Of a DNA stretch of 64,000 nt, positions 49,466 to 62,038 are shown piece by piece. Position 1 is the first letter of the stretch. Each line of letters starts with the position of its first letter. Both the position numbers and the translations under genes were made by a program. The notes below the pieces were generated by a model. That model had not been told where the DNA came from, did not search any database, and saw only the letters and a list, made by a program, of their open reading frames with translations. The stretch covers positions 18,228,001 through 18,292,000 of the forward strand of contig CATNEN010000001.1 of assembly GCA_950097015.1 (NCBI GenBank), in the 5' to 3' direction. Source of the stretch: Macrostomum hystrix. Taxonomy: Eukaryota; Animalia; Platyhelminthes.

Positions 49466-51715
49466 GCAAGCAGGCAGGCAGGCAGGTAGGCAGGCAGACA
49501 GGTAGACAGACAGGACAGGAGCAGATATCTACCCCATACTTTACTTGTATGGCTTACTAAATCTAGCCCAAATCTACCAAACCCAACCCCACCCAATGCA
49601 GCTTCCTCTCCACTCCACCCTAGCTCTCCACCCTCTAAGCTTCTACTCTTCTACTTACACTTCCACTTCTTCCATGTGTTCATGAGCCATGACCCATGTG
49701 CTCAAATCTCTATCTGGCCTACAAGATAAAAATGGTTACCAACCCTGTCCTAATAGGTCAGTGTCCATAGATCTTATATTCCCTAGATAACCTACTCCCC
49801 ATTCAAGCAATGTGAAAAATGTGATCCCACCAAAAACATTTAATAAACCTGACCATGTCCATGCTCACTCAGAGCTCAAGTTCAGTAGCTATGGGACATA
49901 GGCAGTTATTTTTGTTTGGATGGCATTAAAAAGATGTAGCAGGAATTTCTTTAGTTGCCAATGTTTCCTACCTGTGTGAGCTATGCTCAATAGCAAATAG
50001 ATGGTGCCAGAGATTAAACTCATGTAGCTGCTGCATGAGGGGCTGCGGCACCCAAGTGCCACAGGGCCACAGGGATCCTTTTCCCTTCCTCCCATTCCTA
50101 TTCACTCACATTCCTATCCTTCTAGCTTACATAGAATTGTAGTCTACACTTTGACAGCACTTCATATGGCAAAATAAGATTAAACCACTCACTCAAATTG
50201 TAAAACCAAACACCAACTTCTCCATTTGGTTTGAAGATACATGAAAATCATTGTTAGGTTTTAGATGAAACCTAGTTACAGGAATAACTTTTTGCTATTT
50301 GACAAAATAGCAAAAGCAGACACTTTTTAGAAAGATGTAACTGTTTTCTATAACTTGGCTTTTGATTTATCATCATATCTTAAATAGAAAATCTGTAGCT
50401 TAGGTTCGAAGTTAAAAAATACACATTCTTGTTTGGTTGATGATACATTACCCTATAGATGACAGATGTTAGACTTTGGTTCCAATTTTCTTATTTCTTC
50501 CCCTCATTTTATTCAATCTTTCATTTAAAAGCACAATTCTTTTAAATATGTGACCTATGAAGTGGGTGCAAATTGGCAAGTATACCATACTGATCATACC
50601 ATTTTTGGAAGTGGATATACAATAGTCAATTAGTTTACTTTGGATTACATATTCCACTAATTATCAATTCAATCATAGAATTAAGCCCTGCGGAATTTTT
50701 TTAGGGCTACAGAAAAAAGGCCAAACTGCAATGGCAACACTAGTCGTTGATCCTAGGCTCCCAGGTCATAGATCCCATATCCCAGTAGTTGCTTGGAAAT
50801 CTTAATAAGAATTTATATTCCTGGGTCCCAATTTCATTTAGAATAATGCATTGTTTCTATACAATTATGACGAGTGGCCAGCCAACAAGCTATGCGTATA
50901 GACCCACTATACAGTTTTTTTTCCTAATATTAAGACTTATTAAGATAAGCATAAACTCTGTAGCCTATGTAAAAAGGCTTGGATAGCTCACTATTTATAA
51001 TACACTGAAACTTTATACTCTTAGAGGTCTACATTTTAATACGTGAATAGAATGAGGGTGCATTCATTTAGTGATGATCATAGCAGGTCACATATTAGCT
51101 ATGAGCCAAGCTGACAAGTTAGGACATCGGCACTGGGTTGAGAGCAGTAGATTCATATTGTTTGAGTCAAACACTTCGACTGTGCAAGTCAAACATAAAA
51201 CAAACAGCAGACTCATACTGCCTCCCCAAGCCTGTGATTAGCAGTAACACTTGTCCAGCTCTGCACATTACTTCATATTGTATTCTGCTAAATTTCAATA
51301 TTCTCCGCTTTCACATAATGCCTCGCTTTTATACTGTGAAACAAGCAATTTATAACTTGACGTAACCCTTGTCTTCATAGAAATTGACCGCGAAACGTTA
51401 ATTTAAATGGTCCCTCATAACATGCAGAGTAGAAACCATATTTCCTAGAAAGCAAGTCGTTTCATAACTGTTGTTGCTCGGTCATAAAAAATCTCATTTT
51501 AATTCTGACTTTCTGATGCCCATTTAAATGGGCTAACTTTTCCACAGAGCATGCCTTACAACACATTATTGTTATTGCTCATTTATAAAAAAATTTGCAA
51601 TTAATGCAAAATTCCAGAATATGGTGGATGCACCGCCGCCGCCGCCGCCGCCGCCGCCAGTCGCGGAGAGAAAAAGAAGAAGAATACGCCTAAGACTAAG
51701 ACGCCTTAGATCGGG

Positions 51716-51873
51716 CAATCTTCGGCTGAATCTGCGGACTTAGAATATTTTAATATTATATATAGTTGAATATTCATAGTTGATTATTAGTTGATTATTA
51801 GTTGATTATTTACAGTTGATTATATAGTTGATTTATAGTTATAGTCAAAGTCCGCATATTCAGCCGAAGATTG
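51716..51873. repeat. 26-bp inverted repeat enclosing an AT-rich (AGTTGATTATT)n tract; MITE-like
   Basis: CAATCTTCGGCTGAATCTGCGGACTT versus reverse complement of AAGTCCGCATATTCAGCCGAAGATTG, 25/26 match; no TSD. Confidence 0.6.
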
Positions 51874-52839
51874 TCTCTCCAATTATTGGTGGAAGTTATA
51901 ATTATAATTAGATAGTTATATTTGTTTTCGTACGCACCCTATATAATTGTTTTTCGTCTCTAAGTCGTAGAGATAAACGACTTATCGTGAAATTTTTTAA
52001 AACTAATATTTGTTTTTAAAGCTTCTCTTCTTCAGAAAGAATTTTTTCAACTTTTCTTGGCTCAAAAAACAGATAATTAAAGCGAACACCATGGTAATTG
52101 AATGACATGATTTAAGACAATAGGAAAAGTGTACTTTATGAATTTCTTACAAATTAAATTCTGCTAAATACAAATAGCCCGATCAGCAAAGCAGCCTTGT
52201 ATTTAAAAATAAAATGGGTCGATCTCAAACACACCTTTTGACAAGAATAAATTTAGACAAAAGTCAATTACTGTTTCTCGAATATGTGAACCGTGTCTGA
52301 AAAATCGAACTCATAAACATTCGCCCAACTTGCATCTCCTACTTGTGCGGAAGGCTTGTACAAGTGTCTATTTAGCCAGTTACAAGTACCGCTGAATACT
52401 ATTAAATATTTCTGCAAAGGCCAAGTCTTTTATGCTTCGCGTGAATGGTGTATGGTGGATGGCCTGAAGCCTATTTTTGGATAATTGTGTTGCCTTTAAT
52501 CTTCTTTCCTTTGCCATCACGGAGTCATTTTATCGCAGTACTTCATTCACTTTGATTTGACATTATTAATACGTTGTGCTAAAGCCTGCACCATTCCAGG
52601 ATTAACTTGTGTCTGATGGCAGCTGCTGACTCTTGATGTGCGATTCTGCCTAGTGCACTAGCCACGTGGCTACCTCTCTTCGACCTGTGGTCTAGATCAG
52701 TGATGCGCCTGCATTTCCAGTAAGTTACTTGACATTTTCTTATGTGAATATGAATGAAGATCAAGTCCTGTTTTAATCTGTCCATCACTAGTCATTCTGG
52801 AATTCATTTGTCATTCTAAATCTGTCATTCTGGAATTCA

Positions 52840-53085
52840 TTTCTGTTAGAAATACCTGTTAGACCAAGAGCGTCATTTGTTAGGCCGACAGCGTCAATTG
52901 TTAGACAGAGAGCGTCACCTGGTAGACAAAGAGCGTCACCTGTTAGACAAAGAGCGTCATTTGTTAGGCCGACAGCGTCAACTGTTAGACAGAGAGCGTC
53001 ACCTGTTAGACAGAGCCTGTGATCACCTGTTCTGTTAGACACAGTGTTCACCTGTTCTGCTTGGCATGGTACCTGTTAGACATCA
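52840..53085. repeat. 21-bp tandem repeat (TGTTAGACAGAGAGCGTCACC)n
   Basis: ~10 degenerate copies. Confidence 0.8.
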
Positions 53086-54089
53086 AGCCCGTACTCACCT
53101 GCACTACTCAAACAGGCCTACCGACACGTATAGTCTTCATCAGACGCATCAACGGGCTCTCAAACTTGGTTGTCAACTTGGACAATCCATCAGCTCCAGG
53201 CTTGTCCCGCCAGGACCTGCTACAGGAGCTGCTGCAGACCAACCTGATCACGGAGCTGCGCTCGAAACCGGAGGTCAAGCGAATGGGCCTGGACGTCTGC
53301 TGCCTGGGTTGGCGGCTTCGGTGGCGGAGGCGGCGTCGCGGCGTCGCGGCGGTGGCGCCACCGGCAGACGGAAGCAAGGCCAGGTGACACCCGTGCTGCC
53401 GATATTGGATCCGCAGACCTGCCTCACCGACGCCTGACTTGCGTGTTGAGAAAGTGCAAACCATGGACTGACCTCAGTGAGACAGGTGGCAAGCTGTCTC
53501 GCCGATTACTTGCCGATTGAGAGGGGAAATTCGTGACTGACTTCCACATGTAGGATGCATCACTGATCCAAGCCAAGCATGGGATGCAATAATACAAATA
53601 TACATAACAGAGGGCTGTGCAGGAGCAGTCCAAAATTAATACATTTACAGAAATAAGGTATTTTGCAGACTTTGCACAGACCCATGCACAGTAATCAAAT
53701 GTAATCAGTCGCAATCAACAGTAACGGTTTGTCCGCCGAAAGTTGATGAAATTTTAAAGACTGAATCTTTCTCCTGTTGCGCCCGCTTTTGTATGTGCTC
53801 CTGCTTAATCTGTGCTCATTATTGCTTATCTGTGCTCATTATTGCTTATGTGCTCATTATTGCTTCTCTGTGCTCAATCTTGTACTGCTGTGCTGCGATT
53901 CTGGCAACGATTCCTGCTACGGCTTTTGCTACGAATCTATGAGCCTATGAGCCTTTGATTCAACATGCCGCTCACCTTATAAACGAGATTTTTTTCCGTC
54001 ACCCTGTCGAACGCCTTTTTTGCTTATCTTCTCACTCTTGCTTACCTGTGCTTTTTATTGTTTTTGTGTTTTTTAATTACAAAAATAAC

Positions 54090-54690
54090 AGAAAGCGACT
54101 CATGCCTGATTGCGAGTATAAAGTTAAGCAACTGCTCATGCAACGTGTAAATGAGAAAATTTTGAGATGCTTTGTTTAATTCAGATTGCTTCTAGTCTCG
54201 AATCGCGATTCGCCTGATTTTTATCTCGGTATGGAATCACTGACTCACAAAGTGAGTTAAATGCTGTGAAGTATTCACTGATCACACTGGCTAGTAAGTT
54301 AAACCTATATGCAGCTGAAGATGCTGCCCAAGTTGCTACTGATAAAGACACCAGTTCAGCTTCCATTGATTTGAGTTCAGCCACAAATGCCCATTATGGT
54401 GACGACAATGATGATGTGGCAGATGAAAGCGGTCTGGCTGATCAAGTGAAGTCATTCCTAGAGAAGAGCTCTAAGCCTAAAACACACTGCATGTCACTGG
54501 AGAGTCGCATTGGTCGAGAGATTCTTCGCATTGCACAGCAGCGTGAAGCTGTGATGCTCATCCCTCCGACAAGTGTTGAAGCTGAGCGCGCCTTTTCGGT
54601 CAGTGGAACTTTTCTGACCAAAGTTCGTTCACGATCCTTTCTGACGAGACACTGTCTAGGCTGGTTTTGCTTCGTCATTTCTTTTTGAAA
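54090..54690 (+). pseudogene. hAT transposase C-terminal (dimerisation domain) remnant
   Basis: LIPPTSVEAERAFSVSGTFLTKVRS, continuing after a frameshift as SDETLSRLVLLRHFF*; stops upstream. Confidence 0.8.
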
Positions 54691-55376
54691 ACAGCTTAGC
54701 ACAATTGACTGAATGAACTTTCAAGTTCCAAGCTGTTGGTGCTGATTACTAACTTAAAAAATAAATACTAAGTCATATATCCGTATTTTGAAACATTGCT
54801 CTTGATATAGGTTTATAGGCCTCATAAAAATAATTTATTGATGGATTCTCGGATTATCTCGGATTCATCTACTGACAAACATATAAAGTACGGTACAGTA
54901 GTTGTACTGACTTTAGGTTAAGCCAGATACACACATATATATTTATTATTTTGATATGGGCTAGTGTTTGTTAAACTCTGACTTACCTCATTATTGGCTT
55001 CGTTGCACACCTCATTTTGCTCATAGATAAGTATAAGTTCATGAAGAATGCTTCCCTTTAATTTCCGTTTCTCTGAGGGATGTCATATCGTGTGACATTC
55101 ACAAAATCGTGCTGTGCATCCACAAGCTACATGTATATATCTTACTGATAATTTGTAAACGGCTTCTTAAGTAAGTTGTAATAACTCAAAGGCAGAAGTA
55201 AGGCCAGAATTGAAACACACAGTAAAGAACCAGTCTGATATCGCGGCTCCTTATATATGCGTTCATGCAGTCTAATTTCCAGACAGATCCCAGACAGACG
55301 GCCCAACCCAGTCGCACGCAAACCAAGCATGAGACTCAAACAACAGCAGACAGTGGTGACAAGTGCATGCAAACAG

Positions 55377-55950
55377 CAATAGGTGCCCACAAGCTCCAGT
55401 TCAAGTTTATAACTCTGGCTACAATAGTACTAATTAAGTAGTCTGTGCTGCGAAACAACAACAACAACAACAACTATATACGCCAGGTCTCTCCATGGAA
55501 ACTGGAGAAACTGCAGGGAAACTGGGAAACTGGCTGCGAAACGCATGCAGTTAAGGCCAAGCGTGGCACCAATTGTTGGTTTCTTGAATTTTCCTAAACG
55601 GCAATAGGTGCCCACAAGCTCCAGTTCAAGTTTGTAAATCTGGCTACAATAGTAATTAAGTATAGTCTTTGTAGTGCGAAAATCATGTAGTTGAGGCCAA
55701 GCGTGGCACCAATTGTTGGTTTCTTGAATTTTCCTAAACGGCAATAGGTGCCCACAAGCTCCAGTTCAAGTTTGTAAATCTGGCTACAATAGTAATTAAG
55801 TATAGTCTTTGTAGTGCGAAAATCATGTAGTTGAGGCCAAGCGTGGCACCAATTGTTGGTTTCTTGAATTTTCCTAAATGGCAATAGGTGCCCACAAGCT
55901 CCAGTTCAAGTTTGTAAATCTGGCTACAATAGTAATTAAGTATAGTCTGT
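55377..55950. repeat. 140-bp tandem repeat (units at 55601, 55741, partial 55881; diverged copy at 55377)
   Basis: GCAATAGGTGCCCACAAGCTCCAGTTCAAG recurs at 140-bp spacing. Confidence 0.9.
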
Positions 55951-56569
55951 GTGATGCGACGCCGCAGGCTTACTTATTGACCCCGGATTTCGACAGGGAT
56001 CGCTTCTACGTCTATCCCAGAATACGGGGAATCAAATCCCATCGAAATTCATCATAGTTAAGGGGCATCCCGAAATCACTTTTGTCAGTGGTACCCCCGT
56101 CAAAATGACAAGCCTTGACAGGCAGGGCGGTATCGACTTTGAGTGGACCCCATTTGAAAACCGCTTCATCTAGAGAGATGAGACTGACGTTGTCTGGTAG
56201 GTCAGTAGATTTAGCGTCAGATGTTGTTAATTCCGTCGATAGATTTGCTGCTGTTGTATTGTACTAAGAGCGATAATTGTACTATCTGACGATTGTGGTT
56301 TCATGATTTCAAATGATTTCTACTTGAACTTATTAACCTGGAAAGTCACCTAGAAAATCTGACGAAATACATGCGAAAACATTTCAAGTACCTAGCCGAT
56401 TGCTAGCTACTGCTTCCATACTATTAGGTACTATGTTTTCTAAACTATTTTTGGACGGGAAATTCATTCTAGGCGGTCCGAGCTCAATATCTTTTGAGGA
56501 AAAAAGTTATGACCGTTTTCTTACTTTTTAGTAATTTTATCGACTCTGACTATGTCAGTAGTATACTTT

Positions 56570-57118
56570 CTCCTCTCTGTGGCTCACTCTCTCCTCTCTG
56601 TGCCCTCACTCTCTCCTCTCTGTGCCCTCACTTTCTCCTCTCTGTGCCCTCACTTTCTCTCTGTGCCCTCACTTTCTCCACTCTGTGCCCTCACTCTCCA
56701 CTCTGTGCCCTCACTCTCCTCTCTGTGCCCTCACTTTCCTCTCTGTGCCCTCACTCTCCTCTCTGTGCCCTCACTCTCCTCTCTGTGCCCTCACTCTCCT
56801 CTCTGTGCCCTCACTCTCCTCTCTGTGCTCTCACTCTCCTCTCTGTGCCCTCACTCTCCTCTCTGTGCCCTCACTCTCCTCTCTGTGCCCTCACTCTCCT
56901 CTCTGTGCTCTCACTCTCCTTTCTGTGCCCTCACTCTCCTCTCTGTGCCCTCACTCTCCTCTCTGTGCCCCCACTTTCTCCTCTGTGCCCTCACTTTCTC
57001 CTCTGTGCCCTCACTTTCTCCTCTGTGCCCTCACTCTCTCCTCTCTGTCACCTCACTCTCCTCTGTCACCTCACCCTCTTCTCTGTCACCTCACCCTCTT
57101 CTCTGTCACCGCACCCTG
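56570..57118. repeat. 20-bp pyrimidine-rich minisatellite (CTCTGTGCCCTCACTCTCCT)n
   Basis: ~26 copies; open in all three frames, giving spurious ORFs. Confidence 0.95.
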
Positions 57119-57482
57119 TGATTCCAAGAAAGAAGTAATAATATTAACATAATAGTAATTTTAGTCAGTATACCTTGCAGCAGGTCACCTATGCCGTGCC
57201 TGTGCGGCACAATTTTTGCGAATGAGATGCGCTGATATTTTTGATAAATTAGCTTATGTATTTTCCCTGAAGTTTGACACGGAAAAGAATTGGTGAAAAG
57301 TCCTAGTTAGACAGAAACATTAATTGAACAAAGTACAGACCCTCACGTAAAAACACATACAGTGCATGCACAGTGAGCATAAAGAAAGCAGGAATTAGAG
57401 TTTGAGATTTTATCATTGTCAAACGCGTTTAGAACTTCAGAACTCTCTCCTCTCACTCCGCTGCTCGTTTGCAAGGGAGCAC

Positions 57483-58853
57483 GACCATTGAAGAAATTGC
57501 ATGACTACCAGGGAAAACTGAATAATTTAGTCATCGGAACATATTCTGAACAGTTTGACTCTAGCTCTCCTCTGACCATCCAAGAAATTGCATGACTACC
57601 AGGGAAAACTGAATAATTTAGTCATCGGAACATATTCTGAACAGTTTAACTCTAGCTCTCCTCTGACCATCCAAGAAATTGCATGACTACCAGGGAAAAC
57701 TGAATAATTTAGTCATCGGAACATATTCTGAACAGTTTGACTCTAGCTCTCCTCTGACCATCCAAGAAATTGCATGATTACCAGGGAAAACTGAATAATT
57801 TAGTCATCGGAACATATTCTGAACAGTTTGACTCTAGCTCTCCTCTGACCATCCAAGAAATTGCATGATTACCAGGGAAAACTGAATAATTTAGTCATCG
57901 GAACATATTCTGAACAGTTTGACTCTAGCTCTCCTCTGACCATCCAAGAAATTGCATGACTACCAGGGAAAACTGAATAATTTAGTCATCGGAACATATT
58001 CTGAACAGTTTGACTCTAGCTCTCCTCTGACCATCCAAGAAATTGCATGATTACCAGGGAAAACTGAATAATTTAGTCATCGGAACATATTCTGAACAGT
58101 TTAACTCTAGCTCTCCTCTGACCATCCAAGAAATTGCATGACTACCAGGGAAAACTGAATAATTTAGTCATCGGAACATATTCTGAACAGTTTGACTCTA
58201 GCTCTCCTCTGACCAACCAAGAAATTGCATGACTACCAGGGAAAACTGAATAATTTAGTCATCGGAACATATTCTGAACAGTTTGACTCTAGCTCTCCTC
58301 TGACCATCCAAGAAATTGCATGACTACCAGGGAAAACTGAATAATTTAGTCATCGGAACATATTCTGAACAGTTTGACTCTAGCTCTCCTCTGACCATCC
58401 AAGAAATTGCATGATTACCAGGGAAAACTGAATAATTTAGTCATCGGAACATATTCTGAACAGTTTAACTCTAGCTCTCCTCTGACCATCCAAGAAATTG
58501 CATGACTACCAGGGAAAACTGAATAATTTAGTCATCGGAACATATTCTGAACAGTTTGACTCTAGCTCTCCTCTGACCATCCAAGAAATTGCATGACTAC
58601 CAGGGAAAACTGAATAATTTAGTCATCGGAACATATTCTGAACAGTTTAACTCTAGCTCTCCTCTGACCAACCAAGAAATTGCATGACTACCAGGGAAAA
58701 CTGAATAATTTAGTCATCGGAACATATTCTGAACAGTTTGACTCTAGCTCTCCTCTGACCATCCAAGAAATTGCATGATTACCAGGGAAAACTCAATAAT
58801 TTAGTCATCGGAACATATTCTGAACAGTTTGACTCTAGCTCTCCCCTGACCAT
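57483..58853. repeat. 91-bp tandem satellite, 15 near-identical copies
   Basis: GACCAT recurs at 57483, 57574, 57665 ... 58848 (15 x 91 bp). Confidence 0.95.
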
Positions 58854-59379
58854 TGTTGCCACACCTGGGCTAAATTACTATAGCTAAGTGTAATGACTAT
58901 AGGTAAGTCAAATACATGCACAAGTAGGATTGCAGGCAAGCAGACACGAAAGGTGTACACACGCATATGAGCATTGACACTTGTATGCATATGAACGCAT
59001 ATGAAGCAATTATGAAGTCAGATTGGCCGAGTTCGCATAACAACAAAACGCCTTGGACGACTGGAGGGAATTGAAAAATGACATTAGACAAGGCTAAAGG
59101 CGTAGAAGTGCGTAGCCACGTACCTTTAATTGTGCAAATATTTATAAAAGCTAAAATAGCGTTAGCAAGATGCTTCTTCAAAGATTGGTCACAATGGTTG
59201 AAAGACCAGAAACACCGCCTAAAAAATTGTATGGATCGTCATTTCCATTGTGTTGAATGCTCGCGCACGTCATCATGTTGACATTGCGCACGTCATCATG
59301 TTGACATCAGAATTGTAGCTTAAAGCTGCAGCGGAGCGTTGATTACAACTGTAGTCTTGGGCCCCAGGCACCTGTGGAT

Positions 59380-59838
59380 TTAAATCAACTGAATGAGCAC
59401 TCGTAGGTTGACCAGCTGCTGGAAGAGCCGGCGATATTTCGTTGGCAGGAGTTTAGGTTTAGGACTTTTAGTAGGTTTAGTTTTACCACCAACAGCGATG
59501 TTGCGTAGCTCGTCAATGAAACTTAATGCAGCAAGGTTAGCAGCTTTGAAGTCCTCAGTCGTGATGATGATTCTATCGCCTCCTCTTCTCCCGCGATTGT
59601 GAATGAGCATGTGCATATCGAATCCCGAAGTGATAGTAGAGCAATATGGACAGAGATAAAAAATAGGAGACAACTCCAGCTTATGTTGTAGGCGACAGTA
59701 GCGAAAGTTGGCGCCGATTCGCCTTTCAGATAGGTCCGGATGAGCTCCGCGGCAATGCTGTTTAAAACCTGATGCCCTGCTACTCCAGTGGCACTGAAGA
59801 CACGTAATCGCGGCGTGAATGTTGGGAGGTGTCATCAA
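59380..59838 (-). CDS. Small protein with two C2H2-like zinc fingers (paralog 2)
   Basis: CLQC-x11-HCRGAHP and CPYC-x10-HMLIH; basic KSPKP tail. Confidence 0.6.
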   Translation of the reverse strand: MMTPPNIHAAITCLQCHWSSRASGFKQHCRGAHPDLSERRIGANFRYCRLQHKLELSPIFYLCPYCSTITSGFDMHMLIHNRGRRGGDRIIITTEDFKAANLAALSFIDELRNIAVGGKTKPTKSPKPKLLPTKYRRLFQQLVNLRVLIQLI

Positions 59839-60086
59839 CTTTCAATGGAAGTGATGCTGGCCTGAAATTTATTCGAGATTGAAGTTTGAAACGTTGACAA
59901 TTAAAGCTAGACCCTAAATGAAGGCGTGAACGCTAATATATAAACGCTAATAAGGACATTGATCTGCCATGCATATAATTGTATAAAGCAGGCAGTCTAT
60001 TCTCAAATGCACATCTATCTCCATTTGTCCTAGTTGTTCCCTGCACAGCCAACTAATGAGCAGAAAGAAAGCGCATCTAAAAAACA

Positions 60087-60559
60087 AGCAATTAAAAACG
60101 AAAACGCGAAACACTGTTTAGGAGCCCCTCCATTTATTTGACAGACAATGAAACTGTGAGCTATATAATAATAATAAAACGGAATTGAACGGAAAAGCTG
60201 ATAAATGAACGAATTTAATAGTGTCATTAGTCCCACGAATAAAAACAGTTAACGTAAGTACACTGCCAGTCCGCTGGATAGTGCAAACATGCACGGTAAG
60301 ATTGGCAGCGCACGGTAATTAGCAGATTTTATTCGCGCTCAACGAGTCCGCCGCGAAAAGGCTGACACATGGGCTCATGAAATTAGCAATTTAAAATGTA
60401 GCGCTTCACAGCACATTGAATTGCATGTGCAAAGTGAACTGTAAATATTTTGCTAGTTGAACGAATTGTATCCAAAATTTGGGCTTACTGGTATTCATTT
60501 TAGCGCTCTTAAACTTAACGCTTCACAGCACCCACACAAAAGTAGGTGCAGAGTGACTT
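60087..60559. repeat. Duplicated non-coding module, copy 1
   Basis: Highly similar to 61385-61968. Confidence 0.9.
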
Positions 60560-60637
60560 GCTGTAATTGGCTCTGTCGATATACCAATTTTTCCATGGGA
60601 TAGGGTTGGTATGGTATTTTGTTTCAACAGGAAGACC

Positions 60638-61336
60638 TCAGGTAGCAAATTTTATGGGAGACGAGGTGGGAATTTTCGGGTTATATCGGGTCAAGTTGGT
60701 AGCAGATTTACGCAAGACAATAGGCGGTAAGGGTTTGACGCAATAAGGGACTCTTGGAGGAATCACAAATGGTAATGGGTTTCGACAGATTTTAGCTGGA
60801 ACTCGATGAGTTTCTGGCGTAGGTTTAGGACTTTTAGGAGCACCTTCAGAAGAGTTGCAGCGCTCTTCCTGCTGCTGCTGTTCTGCGGGAAGTTTTGTTG
60901 ACGCACTCGTCTCTTGGCTAGTTGCTGATGTAATTTGTACCTCGCCGATATCCTTGTACATCTCAACCAGGATAGATAGCTGACTAGCAGCGAACTCAAG
61001 TTCCATGTATTGGAGTGGATGCTTTTCTTCTGTAGCAAGTTTGTGAAGTTCTGCTACACGCCGCGAACCTGATTCGCGTAATTTCAGGACAGCCGCACGA
61101 CCCGAGAGGGCTTTGCGGCGGTATGTAGAGCCATATTCAGGTACGTGGCATCTCATAAAATGCGCTCTTTGGTGAGAAATCATAGCCCCGCATATCGGAC
61201 AGAGACACACCGGCTTCGCTTTTGAAGTCGCCTTCGCGAAGTCAATCATCGCCTGAATCCTGTCATCCTCCAGAGCGGGGTGCCTTTTCTCGCAATGCCT
61301 GCGTTTCGCTGAAATCGGTGACGTATATAGGCACAA
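60638..61336 (-). CDS. Protein with C2H2-like zinc finger(s) (paralog 1); probably the last exon of a spliced gene
   Basis: HCEKRHP and CPIC-x10-HFMRCH; KSPKP motif; TTTTTTAG acceptor-like site near 61348. Confidence 0.6.
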   Translation of the reverse strand: MCLYTSPISAKRRHCEKRHPALEDDRIQAMIDFAKATSKAKPVCLCPICGAMISHQRAHFMRCHVPEYGSTYRRKALSGRAAVLKLRESGSRRVAELHKLATEEKHPLQYMELEFAASQLSILVEMYKDIGEVQITSATSQETSASTKLPAEQQQQEERCNSSEGAPKSPKPTPETHRVPAKICRNPLPFVIPPRVPYCVKPLPPIVLRKSATNLTRYNPKIPTSSPIKFAT

Positions 61337-61384
61337 GTATGTAAATGCTAAAAAAGGAAAACATGTTTATCAGGCACGGCAAGC

Positions 61385-61968
61385 AATGAAAAAAATAAGA
61401 ACGAGAAACACTGTTTAGGAGCCCCACCATTTATTAGACAGACAATGAAACTGTGAGCTATATAATAATAATAAAACGGAATTGAACGGAAAAGCTGATA
61501 AATGAACGAATTTAATAGTGTCATTAGTCCCACGAATAAAAACAACTAACATAAGTACACTGCCAGTCCGCTGGATAGTGCAAACATGCACGGTAAGATT
61601 GGCAGCGCACGGTAATTAGCAGATTTTATTCGCGCTCAACGAGTCCGCCGCGAGAAGGCTGACACATGGGCTCATAGCGCTTTAAAATGTAGCGCTTCAC
61701 AGCACATTGAATTGCATGTGCAAAGTGACCTGTATAATTTTGCTAGTTGAAAGAACTATGTGTCCAAACTTTGGGCTTACTGGTATTCATTTTAGCGCTC
61801 TTAAACTTAACGCTTCACAGCACATTGTATTGCATGTGCAAAGTGACCTGCAAAAAATTTGCTAGTTGAAAGAAATGTGTCCAAATTTTGGGCTTACTGG
61901 TATTAATTTTAGCGATCTTAAACTTAACGCTTCACAGCACCCACACAAAAGTAGGTGCAGAGTGACTT
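61385..61968. repeat. Duplicated non-coding module, copy 2, with an internal ~120-bp tandem duplication
   Basis: Matches 60087-60559; CGCTTCACAGCAC recurs near 61693, 61811 and 61928. Confidence 0.9.
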
Positions 61969-62038
61969 TACAAGGCAGCGCTTGACTTCAATTAAAAACA
62001 CAAGTAACGGTGGAATCATCAGTACACTGGTTGGATAC

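Noticed and set aside
53019-53520. GC-rich coding-like segment (RINGLSNLVVNLDNPSAPGLSRQDLLQELLQ...)
   Set aside because: May be a decayed exon, but no family is recognisable and the frame is not maintained.
10389-54800. One giant hAT element from the 10389 terminus to the 54 kb transposase remnant
   Set aside because: No matching right TIR or 8-bp TSD was found, so linkage is unsupported.
56007-56262. Minus-strand ~85-codon open stretch (...LDEAVFKWGPLKVDTALP...)
   Set aside because: No start codon, bounded by stops, no recognisable motif.
56494-57152. Three overlapping Leu/Ser/Cys-rich ORFs
   Set aside because: Artefacts of a stop-free 20-bp pyrimidine minisatellite.
57483-58853. Tandem hammerhead ribozymes (retrozyme-like) in the 91-bp repeat
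   Set aside because: The minus strand has CCGATGA plus a stem but lacks the CUGANGA and GAAA core in the required arrangement.
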